A stretch of DNA of 64,000 bases from positions 40,178,001-40,242,000 of the forward strand of contig CM059432.1 of the NCBI GenBank assembly GCA_030390025.1. The letters run 5' to 3'. This document shows positions 12,301 to 25,674 of this stretch, piece after piece; within the stretch, counting starts at the first letter, position 1; each line of letters begins with the position of its first letter. The translations under genes were made by a program, and so were the position numbers. Below the pieces are notes generated by a model, which worked only from the letters and a program-made list of their open reading frames with translations, was not told the DNA's origin and did not search any database. This DNA comes from Squalus acanthias. Taxonomy: Eukaryota.

Positions 12301-14489
12301 TCCAGTCTCCCCTTGAAAACATTGAGTGTCTCCGCTTCCACCACTTCCCCGTCAGCAGCGAATTCCAGGTCATCACCACTCGCTGCGTAAAAAAGTTTTT
12401 CCTCACGTTCCCCCTGTATCCCTTGTCCAAAACCTTAAATCTGTGTCCCCTAGTCCTTGTACCATCAACTAGTGGGAACAGCCTTTCCCCATCTAGCCTA
12501 TCCAAACCAGTCATAATCTTGTACACCTCTATCAAATCACCCCTCAACCTCCTTTGCTCTAATGAAAACAAATCCAGCTTCTCCAACCTGTCCTTGTAGC
12601 TAAGATTCCCCCATTCCTGGAACGATTCTGGTAAGTCTCCTCTGCACCCTCTCAGAGCCTTCACATCCTTCCTAAAGTGTGGTGACCAGAACTGGACGCA
12701 ATACTCCAGTTGTGGCCTAACCAGCGCTTTATAAAGGTTCAGCATAACTTCTCTACTTTTGTACTCAATACCTCTTTATGAAGCCCAAGATCCCATATGC
12801 TTTGTTAACCACTCTCTCAATATGCTCTGCCACCTTCAGGGACCTATGCACATTAACTCCCAGTTTCCTCTGTCCCTGCACACTCTTTAAAACTGCGCCA
12901 TTAAGTGTATATTGCCTCTCCTGTTCCGTCTGCCAAAATGCATCACCTCACGCTTCTCTGTATTCCATCTGCCCATTCTGTTAGCCTTTCTATGTCCCGT
13001 TGCAGTCGATTGGTATCATCATCACTGTTTGCCACACTCCCAAGTTTGGTGTCATCGGCAAATTTAGAAATTCTACTCTCTATTCCAATATCCAGGTCAT
13101 TTATACATCTCAAAAAAAGCAGTGGCCCCAGCACTGACCCTTGGGGAACACCACTGTCTACCATACTCCAGTCTGAAAAACAGCCAGTTACCACAACTCG
13201 CTGTTTTCTGTCCTTAAGCCAATTCCTTATCTAAGCTGCCACTGACCCACCTATTCCATGAGCCTCAATTTTGTTAACCAGCCTTCTATGTGGTACGTTG
13301 TCAAAAGCCTGAAAATCCATGTAGACAACATCCATTGCATTCCCTTCATCAATCCTCTCTGTTACTTCATCAAAAAATTCATTTAGATTAGTCAAACACA
13401 ATCTGCCTTTTACAAATCTGTGTTGGCTCTCCTTAATTAGCTTAAACCTCACCAAGTGCCCGTTAATTTTTTCCTTGATTATTGTTTCTAAATCTTTACC
13501 CACCACTGATGTTAAACTGACTGGCCTGTAGTTACTAGGATTGTCCTTACACCCTTTCTTGAACAATGGTGTCACATTTGCCACTTTCCAATCCTTAGGC
13601 ACCTCCCCCGCATCTAGGGAAGATTGGAAAATTATGGCAAGCCCTTCTGCTATCTCCTCCCCCAATTCCCTTAGCAACCTGGGATGCAAGCCATCTGAAC
13701 CAGGCGACTTATCCACTCTAAGCATACCCAGCCTTTCTAGTACATCCTGTCTATCAATTTTCACCCCTTCCATTACTTCTACCTTTTCCACTTCTACCGA
13801 TATTTTGTCAGCATCCACCTCCTTAGTAAACCCCGATACAAAGTACTCATTGAGTATTCTAGCCTTGCCCTGTGCCTCTAAGCATATATCACCACCTTTG
13901 TCTCGAGTAGGCCCCACCCTGCCTCTTACTACCCGCTTACTGTTAACATGCCGGTAGAAGATTTTTGGGTTCCCTTTTATGTTAACCTCCATTCTACTCT
14001 CATATTCTCTCTCTGCCAATCTTATTTTCATCATCACATCCCCTCTCAACTTAGTGTATTTGGTCTGGTTCTCCCTTGAAGAATTCACCTGACATGCATC
14101 ATACACCCTCTTTTTTTGTTTCATCATCTTCTCTATCTCCCTCGTCATCCAAGGAGCCCTTGCTTTGGTTCCCTTACCCTTCCCTTTTGTTGGAATGTAC
14201 CTAACCTATACTTGGAACATCTCCTCCTTAAAGATCACCCATTGTTCCATTACAGTTTTCCCTGTCAGTCTTTGGTTCCATTTTACCCTGGCTAGATCCT
14301 TTGCATCCCATTGAAGTTAGCCCTATTCCAGTTTAGAAGTTCCACTCTAGATTGTTTCTTGCTCCTCGCCATTGCTAATCTAAATCTTATGATACGATGA
14401 TCACTCGTACCCAAGTGTTCTCCCACAGACACTTGGTCAACCTGACCCATTCATTCCCCAGCACCAAATCCAGCAATGCCTCCTTCCTA

Positions 14490-14653
14490 CAAAAGCAAAA
14501 TACTGCGGATGCTGGAAATCTGAAATAAAAACAGAAAATGCTGGAAATACTCAGCAGGTCAGGCAGCATCTGTGGAGAGAGAAACAGAGTTAACGTTTCA
14601 GGTCGATGACCCTTCGTCAGACCTGCTGAGTATTTCCAGCATTTTCTGTTTTT
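14490..14653 (-). mobile_element. Penelope-like terminal fragment with inverted partial copy, inserted in CR1 endonuclease
   Basis: 14-bp duplication ATGCCTCCTTCCTA (14476-14489, 14654-14667), visible as duplicated RKEA in the flanking ORFs. Inverted repeat 14527-14559 / 14621-14653. Hammerhead core CTGACGA..GAAACGTT on minus. Confidence 0.8.
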
Positions 14654-15064
14654 ATGCCTCCTTCCTAGTTGGATCAAGAACATATTGGTCAAGGAACTTC
14701 TCCTGGACACATTTCAGAAATTCCTCCCCCTCCTTTCCCTTTATCCTAGCATTATCCCAATCGATATTTGGGTAATTAAAGTCCCCCAATATCACCACTC
14801 TATAGCTCTTGCATATCTCTGCGATTTCCCTGCAGATTTGCTCCTCAACCTCCCACTCACTATTTGGAGGCCTGTAGAATACCCCCAATAGCGTGATCAT
14901 ACCTTTTTTGCTCCTCATCTCTAACCAAATGGATTCTGTCCTTGTCCCCTCAAGAACATCCTCCCTTTCCAACACTACAATGTCTTCCTTAATCAGCACT
15001 GCCACCCCACCTCCCTTTCTTCTTTCCCTATCTTTTCTGAACACCTTGTACCCTTGAATATGAA

Positions 15065-15688
15065 GGGGGCGATTTTGCCAGCCCTGGGGAGGTGGGTATG
15101 GAGGCGGGACTGCCGGGAAAATGGCAGAATTTAGAGGCGAGTACTGGGTCTGCGGGGGTCGGGGGGGGGGTGCAAAAGTGTGGTGTGAAGGTAAATGATG
15201 GGTGCAAGAGTGGAGAGGTGAGTATCTGAGGTAAGTGCAAAGTGTTAGTAAAAGTGTACTTACCTTTGTTTCTCCCTGCAGGCTTCAGTCAGTGTGTATG
15301 CGGAGAGTCTCGGACCTCCGTGTTGCAGATGAGAGATGGCCGTTGCATTCTCAGATGCAACAACCATCTCATTTCTGTAAAAGAAAGAAGTTTGATGAGA
15401 ATTCAAGACCTCATCAAACTACAGAGAATGTCACTGTTTGACAGCTTCACAGAGCTGTCAAACGATGACAATTCATCTGTCAAAAATTTTTGACAGATGA
15501 AACGTCATACGTTGACGTTCTCTGCAACTGGCTTTCCCTTACTTGGACTGCTTAGCCCGCAGGGCGGGCTTAACCAGGTCAATCAAGGGAAAATAGCGTG
15601 GGTTGGCCACAAATTGATGGAGGCGGGACATCGACCCGCCAAGCAGCAGTCCCGCCTCCAATGCGTCCCCATTAACAAAATCACCCCC
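15065..15688. mobile_element. PIF/Harbinger-type MITE
   Basis: TIRs GGGGGCGATTTTG / CAAAATCACCCCC, 3-bp flanks GAA/TAA; interrupts the CR1. Confidence 0.75.
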
Positions 15689-16339
15689 TAAGTGCCCAGT
15701 CCTCATCGTTTTTAAGCTACGTTTCCGTTATTGCCACAACATCATATTGCCACATGGCTAATTGTGCTTGTAGCTCTCTAACCTTTATTCACCACACTTT
15801 GTGCGTTTACGTACATGCATTCTAAACCCATTTTTTAATTTTTCGTAGTCTTTCTTAGTCTGCTCCTATCTAATACGGTGGTACTATTACCGCCTCCAGT
15901 ACTATCTTCTCTAGTACTATCCAACACACTCACTCTTTTATGCACCTTATTCCCCTTTTCTACTCCTATATGCTGGTGCCCATCCCCCTGCCAAGCTAGT
16001 TTAAATTTCGAGATGGCACATTAAATGCAGATCTAAATAAACTGGGGAGATTAAATCTTAAGGGAGGATTAAATGTATATATTTTTTAAATGTTACATTG
16101 TTTCAAGCTGTGGCCTTTTCCAGTGTTTGAGTTTTTAAACACTCCGATCAGGCTCCACAGTGCTGGAGTTTGTTTATTAATACCACTGACCTCTGTTCTT
16201 CTCTGAAAGGATCTTTGTAAGGTAAACAGGAGAGAAGACATCATTTATAAAAATTTAAGAAATTGAGCTTTTTTTCTCGATTTTCCCCCCCCCCCCACCT
16301 CTCTCTCTCTCTCTCACCCCACCTCCTGCCCTCCACATA

Positions 16340-16660
16340 CTGAAAGTGCTGCGGTACACTAACATGGGTGGCCTCCTTCCCCAAGTGGGCATTTTTCATG
16401 TGCAAGTCCAGACAATTGACGACTGTGGGAGTATCAGAGCCAAGCATAAATCTATCCTCAGTGACATCCACATTGACGCACTTTCAAGCAGGGGTTAATG
16501 CAGAGCATCATGGAAATGGGAACTGTGGCTGTTTTTTTTCCTTCTTTACACTCTGCCTCCCAGTAATCATCTACAACTGAAATCGGCTTGCTCAGTACAG
16601 ATCAGGAATCATACTTTTTTAGTTAGTATGGTTCAGTTAAATACAGTAACTGAGCCATTG
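16340..16660 (-). mobile_element. Ancient tRNA-derived SINE (tentatively AmnSINE2-like)
   Basis: Diverged similarity to 60553-60905 and 61800-62105; ends near actgagcc (A-box complement). Confidence 0.45.
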
Positions 16661-18006
16661 GGGTCCATTAAAAGCCTTTAAAATTCCAAATCTAATTTTC
16701 AGTGTATTAAGCTTTAAAATCAAAAAAATAAAGTTGTGAGCACTAGTTTAAAAAGAAATTGATTGTTAGAAACTTGTTTTATTCCTTTGTTCATTAAATT
16801 TAAAACATCATTAATCATGCTAAAAACCTTGCACCGAATGAAACTCCAAATCTACTTATTGAAGGCCTTCTGAAAGTCCATGTGTACCACGTTATTAGAA
16901 ATACTTGTATGTATTAAAATCCATGAGTTTTTGTGACAATTGGTCACAATTCAGTTGCTCTTGTATAACACCCAACATTAATTTCAATGGGGTTAGGTCA
17001 CATTCAGAATTGACACCTACTATTCTTATTCCCTTCACAGGGTGGTGCTGTTACCTTGAAACAGTATCCAAAGAATGTCTGTTGTTATTGCTTGTCCAGC
17101 GGTGGTGCAGCAACTTCTCTCAGCCTGTTACAACAAACATCTAAAAAAAAAACATTTCCTCTGAATAACAGTCCAATGGCACAGTAGTACATAAAAATCC
17201 TTACGTTAGTAACAATTATACAACCCCCCCTCCCTGTCCATTAAAATCAATGGGTAATACTGTAATAGTAAAGGCGGCTGTTCTTGCTTGTTCCAAAGCT
17301 GACACTCCCAACCTCTGAAGAACAGTATTACAAGAAAGCCTGTTACTCTCACCTGGACCTCTCAACCTGGAACAACAAATACAGCTAAAGGACATATCAT
17401 TTCCTCCAACTAACCATGAGCAAAACCCAGGAGATTCACTAGCATATATAAAAAAGTTTTGAGACACGTCGTGACATTTCAAATGTGACACTTAGTCATA
17501 AGTATACATTTCTATGTCACAGTTTTTAAAAAGTGTACAAAAGTAATCATTTGCTGCTAGTTTCAGAGAAACATTGCTAGCAACATAACTCCAATTGACC
17601 TCAGATGAAAAAAACAGCAATTAGCCTCCAATTGACCCCAGGATATGCTTATTTACTTTCATTAAGACCTTGTGGCCTTAAATCCTTATAAAACAGTATG
17701 TTCCCTGATTTATGTCAGCAGCCCTACAGGGGAATCCAAGAGTAAATAGCTATAATGTTAAATTTTATGCCAGTGCACACTTGCTGTCAACTTTCCCTTA
17801 AGGAATAAAAACACCACGGGAAAAATGGTCCTACCGTGGCTAACGAGAAATTAAAGATAGCATTAGATTAAAGGAAGAGGCTTATAATGTTGCCAAAAAG
17901 AGTAGTAAGCCTGAGGATTGGGAGGATTTTAGAATTCAGCAAAGGAGGGCCAAGAAATTGATAAAGAAAGGGAAAATAGAATGAGAATAAACTAGCGAGA
18001 GACATG

Positions 18007-18760
18007 GGCCCAGAAATTGATCCGGCTGCGCGAGAGTACGCACAGTGTACACTCACGCAGCCAGACTTCAATTGCCGGTTTTCAGCATGCACTGCGCATG
18101 CACTGAAAACCGGCAATTGATCTTTCGAAAAGGGGGCGGGTCCTCAGTGCACCGCGTGCGCGCTACAGGCTGCGCGCACGCAGTGCACTTCATCGCTTGC
18201 GCACGCAGGTAAGTATTGAAGAATCTGGAAAAGAAAAAAGGAAGCGCAGGAGACACTTTTAACCAGGTAAGTACATAATTAAGTAGTATTTAGAATTTTT
18301 TTTTACAGGTAAATCTTTAGTAGCGACTTTAAAGACAGGTAAGTTTATTTTTATAACATTTTAAAAGATTTAAAATTTTTTCAAAAATTTATTTTTTTGT
18401 TTAAAAAGGTTAATTTATTTAATTACACTTATTTTAATTATGTGATGGGGTTTTTTTTTAATTTAATGGAGGTTTAGCTCTTCTTTTGGGGGCTTGTTGT
18501 ATTCCTAGTTTTCACAGCAGTTCAATGGCCGCTGTGAATTCTATGAATGAGAGCTTGGTGTGCTGCCATTGGCTGTAACTCAGTCACGTGATCCCACAGT
18601 GCACTCGAACTAACTCCGCACTGTGGAATCACGATGCACTCGCAGCTGATGGCTGGAACATGAAGTTCCAGCGAGCTGGGACTGAAAAAGCCAACGCGCA
18701 GTGAGACATCGCGGGAAGGGCTTACCCTCGCACGAACCCTCACACTGCAATTTCTGGGCC
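18007..18760. mobile_element. PIF/Harbinger-type MITE
   Basis: Perfect 13-bp TIR GGCCCAGAAATTG / CAATTTCTGGGCC, flanks ATG/ATA, subterminal palindrome 18069-18119. Confidence 0.8.
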
Positions 18761-19260
18761 ATAAAACAGACTAAAAACTTCTAAAGGTATGTAAAAAGGA
18801 AAAGATGAGCAAAAGTAAACATGGGTCCCTTACAGGCTGAGACAGGAGAAATTATAATGGAGAATAAGGAAATGGCAGAGAAATTAAACAAATACTTTGT
18901 GTCTATCTTCACGGAAGAAGATGCAAAAAACCTCCTGGAAATAGTGGGAACTAAGGGTCTTGAACTGAAAGTAATTAGTATTAGTAAAAAAGATAGTACT
19001 GCAGATATTAATGGGACTGAAAGCCGATAAATCCCCTGGACCTGAAGGCCTACATGCTAGCGTTTTACAAGAGGTGGCTATAGAGATAGTGGATGCATTG
19101 GTTGTCATCTTCCAAAATTCCATAGATTCTAGAACTGTTCCCACGGATTGGAAGGTAGCAAATGTTAACCCCACTATTAAAAAAAAAAGGAGGGGAGAGA
19201 GAAAACGGGGAACTACAGACCAGTTAGCCTGACATCAGTAGTAGGGAAAATGCTAGAATT

Positions 19261-20750
19261 TTTTTTTCATTTGTTTATGGGATGTGGGTGTCGCTGGCAA
19301 GGCCAGCATTTATTACCCATCCCTAATTGCCCTTGAGAAGGTGGTGGTGAGCCGCCGCCTTGAACCGCTGCAGTCCGTGTGGTGAAGGTACTCCCACAGT
19401 GCTGTTAGGTAGGAAGTTCCAGGATTTTGACCCAGCGACGATGAAGGATTGCTGATATACTTCTAAGTCAGGATGGTGTGTGACTTGGAGGGGAACTTGG
19501 AGGTGGTGGTGTTCCCATGCGTCTGCTGCCCTTGTCCTCTAGGTGGAAGAGGTCACAGGTTTGGGAGGTGCTGCCGAAGAAGCCTTGGCGAGTTGCTGCA
19601 GTGCACCTTGTAGATGGTACACACTGCAGCCACGGTATGCCGGTGGTGGAGGGACTGAAGGTTTAAGGTGGTAGATGGGGTGCCAACCAAGCGAGCTGCT
19701 TTGCCCTGGATGGTGTCGAGCTTCTTGAGTGTTGTTGGAGCTGCACTCATCCAGGTAAGTGGGGAGTATTCCATCACACTCCTGACTTGTGCCTTGTAGA
19801 TGGTAGAAAGGCTTTGGGGAGTCAGGAGGTGAGACACTCGCCCCAGAATACCTAGCCTCTGACCTGCTCTTGTAGCCACAGTATTTATGTGGCTGGTCCA
19901 GTTAAGTTTCTGGTCAATGGTGACCCCCCAGGATGTTGATGGTGGGGGATTCGGCGATGGTAATGCCATTGAATGTCAAGGGGCGGTGGTTAGACTCTCG
20001 CTTGTTGGAGATAGTTATTGCCTGGCACTTCTATGGCGCGAATGTTGCCTGCCACTTATCAGCCCAAGCCTGAACGTCGTTCAGGTCTTGTTGCATGCGG
20101 GCATGGACTGCTTCATTATCTGAGGAGTTGTGAATGGCACTGAACACTGTTCAGTCATCAGTGCACATCCCCATTTCTGGCCTTATGTTGGAGGGAAGGT
20201 CATTGATGAAACAGCTGAAGATGGTTGGGCCTCGGACACTGCCCTGAGGAACTCCTGCAGCGATGTCCTGGGGCTTTGATGATTGACCTTCAATCACCAC
20301 AACCATCTTCCTTTGTGCTAGGTATGACTCCAGCCAGTGGAGAGTTTTCCCCCCTATTCCCATTGACTTCAATTTTGATGCCACACTCGGCCAAATGCTG
20401 TCTTGATGTCAAGGGCAGTCACTCTCACCTCACTTCTGGAATTCAGCTCCTTTGTCCATGTTTGGACCAATGCTGTAATGAGGTCGGGAGCTGCATGGTC
20501 TTAGCGGAACCCAAACTGGGCATCAGTGAGCAGGTTATTGGTGAGTAAGTGCCGCTTGATCGATGACACCTTCCATCACATTGCTGATGATTGAGAGTAG
20601 ACTGATGGGGCAGTAATTGGCCGGATTGGATTTGTCCTGCTTTTTTTGGACAGGACATAACTGGGCAGTTTTCCACATTGTCGGATAGATGCCAGTGTTG
20701 TAGCTGTACTGGAACAGCTTGGCTGGAGGCGCGGCTAGTTCTGGAGCACA
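19261..20750 (-). mobile_element. CR1/L2-group LINE ('family B'), RT region to 3' end
   Basis: AGVPQGSVRGPTIFSCFINDLP, GVTIDQKLNWTSHI, YKAQVRSVMEYSP; poly-T on + at 19259. Confidence 0.9.
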
Positions 20751-22619
20751 AGGACACGGTAACAGGGCACTTAGAAAATAATAATAGGATTGGGCAGAGT
20801 CAGCATGGATTTATGAAAGGGAAATCGTGTTTGACAAATCTGTTAAGAGTTTTTTGAGGTTGTAACTAGCAGAATAGATAAGGGGAAACCAGTGGATGTG
20901 GTGTATTTGAATTTTCAGAAGGCATTCGATAAGGTGCCACACGAGGTTATTAAACAAAATTAAGGCTCATGGGATTGGGGGTGATATACTAGCATGGATT
21001 GAGGATTGGTTAACGGATAGAAAACAGAGTAGGAAAAACTGGTCATTTTTGTGTTGGCAGGCTGTAGACTAGTGGGGTACCGCAGGATCAGTGCTTGGGC
21101 CTCAGCCTCTATCAATGAATATCAATGATTTAGATGAGGGGACTAAATGTAATATATCCAAGTTTGCTGATGATACAAAGCTGGGTGGGAATATAAGTTG
21201 TGAGGAGGATGCAAGGAGGCTCAAGGGGATATAGACAGGCTAAGTGAGTGGGCAAGAACATGGCAAATGGAATATAATGTGGAGAAATGTGAAGTGCTGA
21301 CATTGGCAGGAGGGTGTAATTACAGCATAGCAAGTTTACATAGGCAGTTTCCATTCTAAAGAGGAATTTATTTCTAATAAATTTACGTTTGCATACATTT
21401 CCTGTCTGCACCACTGAACTTCCAGCTGTCATGGTTTTGTTACACTGAATGGCCTCCTTGTGTGCTGTATCATTCTTTGATTCTAACTTATTCTATTATA
21501 AATTCCTATGTCCATATAATGAAAAGCGCCTATATAAACTTATCAATCTAACTTTGGCAATCTAGCTATCGGGTTCCCACAATTCTATCACAATGCTCTG
21601 TGAATTTTTTTTTATTTGCCATTTTTTCCCTCAGTAACTGAAATTCCTAATGCCCATAATTAGAATTCAACTAAAATAAAAGATTCAAACATTACAGATT
21701 TCACAATAATATTTTTAAACATAAAGGGAAGCGAGACACTGAACCAGAAGAGGAGTGATAGAAAGAGCAACACTAACACAAAGACAGCAGAGACAGGTAA
21801 GAGAGAGACCATATTCTCTAACTTACCATGTGCAATGCCATGGGAGACCACGCAGTAATATATTTAAAAATCAAATGTCTGCACACACTTCCTGTTAGCA
21901 TTTGCCATTTTAAATTCCTATGTCCACAATTATAATGGAACTATCTATGTTTTGGTATGCTGTAATTACATTCTCCCCAATCAAGGCAGGACCCATGATA
22001 TCTGGGTCCCCACCTGAGGGGGCAACATGCTCTGGCTCTTCAGGCAGTAATATCTACCTCATCATTTTCAATCGTCAACCCCTCTTGCCCAGTTATACTC
22101 TGTGCATGCCCCTCTGGTTCGCTCTCTACTGCCCCCAATGGATGTCTCTGGGCTATTCTTTGGGAAGGAGAAAGTGATTAACACTACATGTGGTGAAGTG
22201 CTAGCAGGGCCAGACACCAAGAGGCCTCATTTTTATTCTTCCCCTCTGCTTCTTCTTCCTCAAGCAGACGTAAAGGAGGTAAATAAGGGAGCTTAGGTTG
22301 CTGAGGAGCAGAGTTCACCTGTCACTATCAGTGGAAAGAATGATGTGAGGGTTTGTGTTTTGCTGATACAAATGATAAGAAGCAACAAAAGCAAGATGTT
22401 ATCACAAATGTACAATTGGCACCTGCTCTCCTACTCTTGATTCCCTCCCTCCCCAGGAATTCCAATGCTAGCTCCTTGCAGGAAGAGAGAGGGTGGAATT
22501 GTGAAGTCGACTACCACTCTCCCAGCTGTTATGAGATGTCCTACCCTAGAAAAAGAAAGCAGCTAACCTCAACATCAGGGCAGCATCCGACCGAGCATGG
22601 CACTAAGAAGCCCCAGAAA

Positions 22620-23310
22620 AGATAGTCAATGGGGGTCAAAGGGAAAACCCTCCAGTGACTAGAGTCATACCTGGCACATAGCCCCAGGACATCAGAGCAG
22701 GGAAGTGTCTTTGGCCCAATCACCTTCATTCATCAATGACCTTTCCTCCATCATAAGGTTATGAGTCAGGCTATTCAAGTGGCAGGAAACATTTGTGCCA
22801 TATAAATGCCAGTTAATGACCATTTCAAACATGAGAAAGCCCAGCCATCTCCCCTTGGCCTTCAGAGGCCACACCATTGCTGAGTATCCCACCATCAACA
22901 TTCTAGGAGGCACCACTGACCAGAAGCTGAACTGGACTAGCTATATCAACACCATTACGACAAGAGCAAGGCAGAATACTCTGTGACAAGTGGTTCACTT
23001 CCTCACCCCTCAAAGCCTCTCCACCATCTACAAGGCTCAAGTCAGGAATGTGATGGAATACTCAATACCTGCTTGGATGGGTACAGCCACAACAACACTC
23101 AAGAAACTTGGCAGCATCCCAGATAGAGCAATATGCTTGATTGGTGTCCCTGCCATTGAATTTAATATTCTTTTCCACCACCTCTGCACTGTGGCTGCAG
23201 TATATATAATCTACAAGATGCACTGTAGCAACTCACCAAGGTTATTTAGACAGTACCTCCCTCCCCTGTGACCTTTATTACCAAGAAAAACAAGAGTAGC
23301 AATGTAGTGG
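22620..23310 (+). mobile_element. Degenerate family B LINE fragment
   Basis: INILGGTTDQKLNWTSYI, IYKAQVRNVMEYS. Confidence 0.8.
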
Positions 23311-23379
23311 GAGCATAAGTGACAGGAAACAGAGAGTAGTGGTGAACGGTTGTTTTTCAGACTGGAAGAAGGTATATGT

Positions 23380-24088
23380 AGGATTACATAGGGTATACGG
23401 CACAGAAACAGGCCATTCGGCCCAACCAGTTCATGCTGGCATTTATGCTCCACTTGAGTCTCCTCCCGTCTTTCCTCATCTAAATCTATCAGCAAAACCC
23501 TCTATTCCCTTCTCCCTCATATGCTTGTCTAGCCTCCCCTTAAATGCATCGATACTATTCGCTTCAACCACTCCCTGTGGTAGCGAGTTCCACATTCTCA
23601 CCACTCTCTGGGTAAAGAAGTTTCTTCTGAATTCCCTAATGGATTTCTTAGTGATGATCTTATATTGATGGCCTCTAGTTATGCTCTTCCCCACAAGTGG
23701 AAACATTCTCTCTGTATCCACTCTATCAAAACCTTTCATAATTTTAAAGACCTCTATTAAGTCACCCCTCAGCCTTCCTTTTTCAATGATGCGGAGATGC
23801 CGGTGTTGGGCTCCTTTTTCAAGAGAAGAGAGACCCAACCTATTCATCCTCTTCTGATATGTATACCCTCAAATTTCTGGTATCATCCTTGTAAATCTTC
23901 TTTGCACCCTCTCCAGTGCCTCTACATCCTTTTTATAATATGGCGTCCCGAACTGGGCGCAGTACTCTAAGTGTGGTCTAACCAAGGTTCGATACAGGTT
24001 TAGCATAACTTCCCTACTTTTCAATTCTATACCTCTAGAAATAAACCCTAGTGCTTGGTTTGCTTTTTTATGGCCTTGCTAACCTGTA
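23380..24088 (-). mobile_element. CR1 LINE 3' part
   Basis: ORF 23476-23847 RLRGDLIEVFKIMKG..NFFTQRVVRMWNSLP and CR1 tail. Confidence 0.9.
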
Positions 24089-24962
24089 AGAACATAAGAA
24101 CATAAGAAATAGGAGCAGGAGTAGGTCATTTGGCCACTTGAGCCTGATCCGCCATTCAATAAGATCATGGTTGATCTGATCTTGGCCTCAACTCCACTTT
24201 TCCACCCGTTCCCCATACCCTTGACTCAACTGTAGCTCAAATATCTGTCGATCTCCACCTTGAATATATTCAATGACTCCGCCTCCACAGCTCTCTGGGT
24301 AGAGAATTCCAAAGATTCATGACCCTCTAAGAGAAGAAATTCCTCCTCATCTCTGTTTTAAATGGGCGACGCCTTATTCTGAAACTATGCCCCCTAGTTC
24401 TAGATTCCCCCACGAGGGGAAACATCCTCTCAGCATCTACTCTGTCAAGCCCCCTCAGAATCTTATATGTTTCAATAAGATCACCTATCATTCTTCTAAA
24501 CTCCAATGAGTATAGGCTCAACCTTTCTTCATAAGACAACCCCTTCATCTCAGGAATCAACCTAGTAAACTTTCTCTGAACTGCCTCCAATGCAAGTATA
24601 ACCTTCCTTAAATAAGGAGACCAAAACTACATGCAGTACTCCAGATGTGGTCTCACCAATACTCTGTACAGTTGTGGCAAGACTTCCCTACTTTTATACT
24701 TCATCCCCCTTGCAATAAGGGCCAACATACCATTTTATTCTTAATTACTTGCTGTACCTGCATGCTAACTTTTTGTGTTTCATGTATGAGGACCCCAGAT
24801 CCCTCTGTACTGCAGAATTTTGTAGTCTCTCCATTTAAATAATAATTTGCTTTTTTATTCTTCGTACCAAAGTGGATAACTTCACATTTCCCCACATTAT
24901 ACTCCATCTGCCAAATTTTTGCCCACTCACTTAATCTATCTATATCCCTTTGCAGACTCTTT

Positions 24963-25674
24963 GGGTTGGATTTTGATACTGGGACGGGTTGGGGTCGTGT
25001 CATCCGCATTTCGTGTTATCCACCCGCCTGCAATTGGATGTGTGAGATTGATGCAAATTTCACTTAATTGGGCAATTGAGTTCCAGCATGTGGGAACCCA
25101 TGAACCAATTAGTGGTTTCAGTCTGAAAGTCGCCTCTGATGATGTCATCATTGCAGGTCAGAGACTGCCTGGCCTTTGCTGTGAGAGGACCTGGATGCAA
25201 AATGAGCAGCATCTCAGAGAGAGAGAGAATGATTTTTTTTTCCATCCAGGTCCTCTCACAGGAAAGGCCAGGCAGTCTCTGAAGACATTCAATGCAGCAG
25301 CATCAGAGGCGACTTTCAGACCTAATACTACTACTACCTTCATCACATCTCCATTGTAATAGTGGACCTGCAGCTGATAGTCAGCTATCCACTTGTGCTC
25401 CCGCCAGTTTTCACTGGCGTGTTTCACATCAAGCGTGCTTCACATCAGAAAAGGGTTAAACTAGCTAAAACGTTTCAAAATGGCATTACAGAGCCAATTT
25501 AGGGCTTGTTAAGGGCCTCTCCCACCTCTTGGAGGCGGGACGGAGTCGGGAACACCGCACACGATTTTATCAAAATTGCTTAGAGGCGGGATGAGGTCGG
25601 GACCCCCAAATCTACAACTTTAACCCCCCCCACGCCTCCAAACCCGACTCCACGGGTCATTGAAAATCCAGCCC
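24963..25674. mobile_element. PIF/Harbinger-type MITE
   Basis: TIRs GGGTTGGATTTT / AAAATCCAGCCC with exact TTT TSD; removal restores CR1 gactcTTTgtgtcc. Confidence 0.85.

Larger units (their letters stand above)
12167..16005 (-). mobile_element. CR1 LINE with nearly complete but disrupted ORF2 (APE endonuclease + RT)
   Basis: ORF pieces FRKDR..GGGVA..GVFYRPP..GDFNYP (EN), YRPVSLTSVVGK, SGVPQGSVLGP, SKFADDTKL, YKALVRPQLEYC. Interrupted by Penelope-like (14490-14653) and MITE (15065-15688) insertions. Confidence 0.95.
17815..21295 (+). mobile_element. CR1 LINE ORF2 fragment with nested MITE and family B LINE
   Basis: ORFs GPLQAETGEII..LNKYFVSIFT, KADKSPGPEGLH; RT continues at ~20755-21295 (tccaagtttgctgatgatacaaagctg). 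Confidence 0.85.

Noticed and set aside
13231..14148. 305-aa ORF and other RT/EN ORFs as functional genes or a retron-like system
   Set aside because: Fragments of frameshifted CR1 ORF2; no intact autonomous element in the window.
21827..21959. Possible minus-strand exon with GTAAGT donor and a YYCVVSH Ig-like peptide
   Set aside because: In-frame stop just before YYC, weak acceptor, and half of it is a copy of the 70-nt hairpin repeat.
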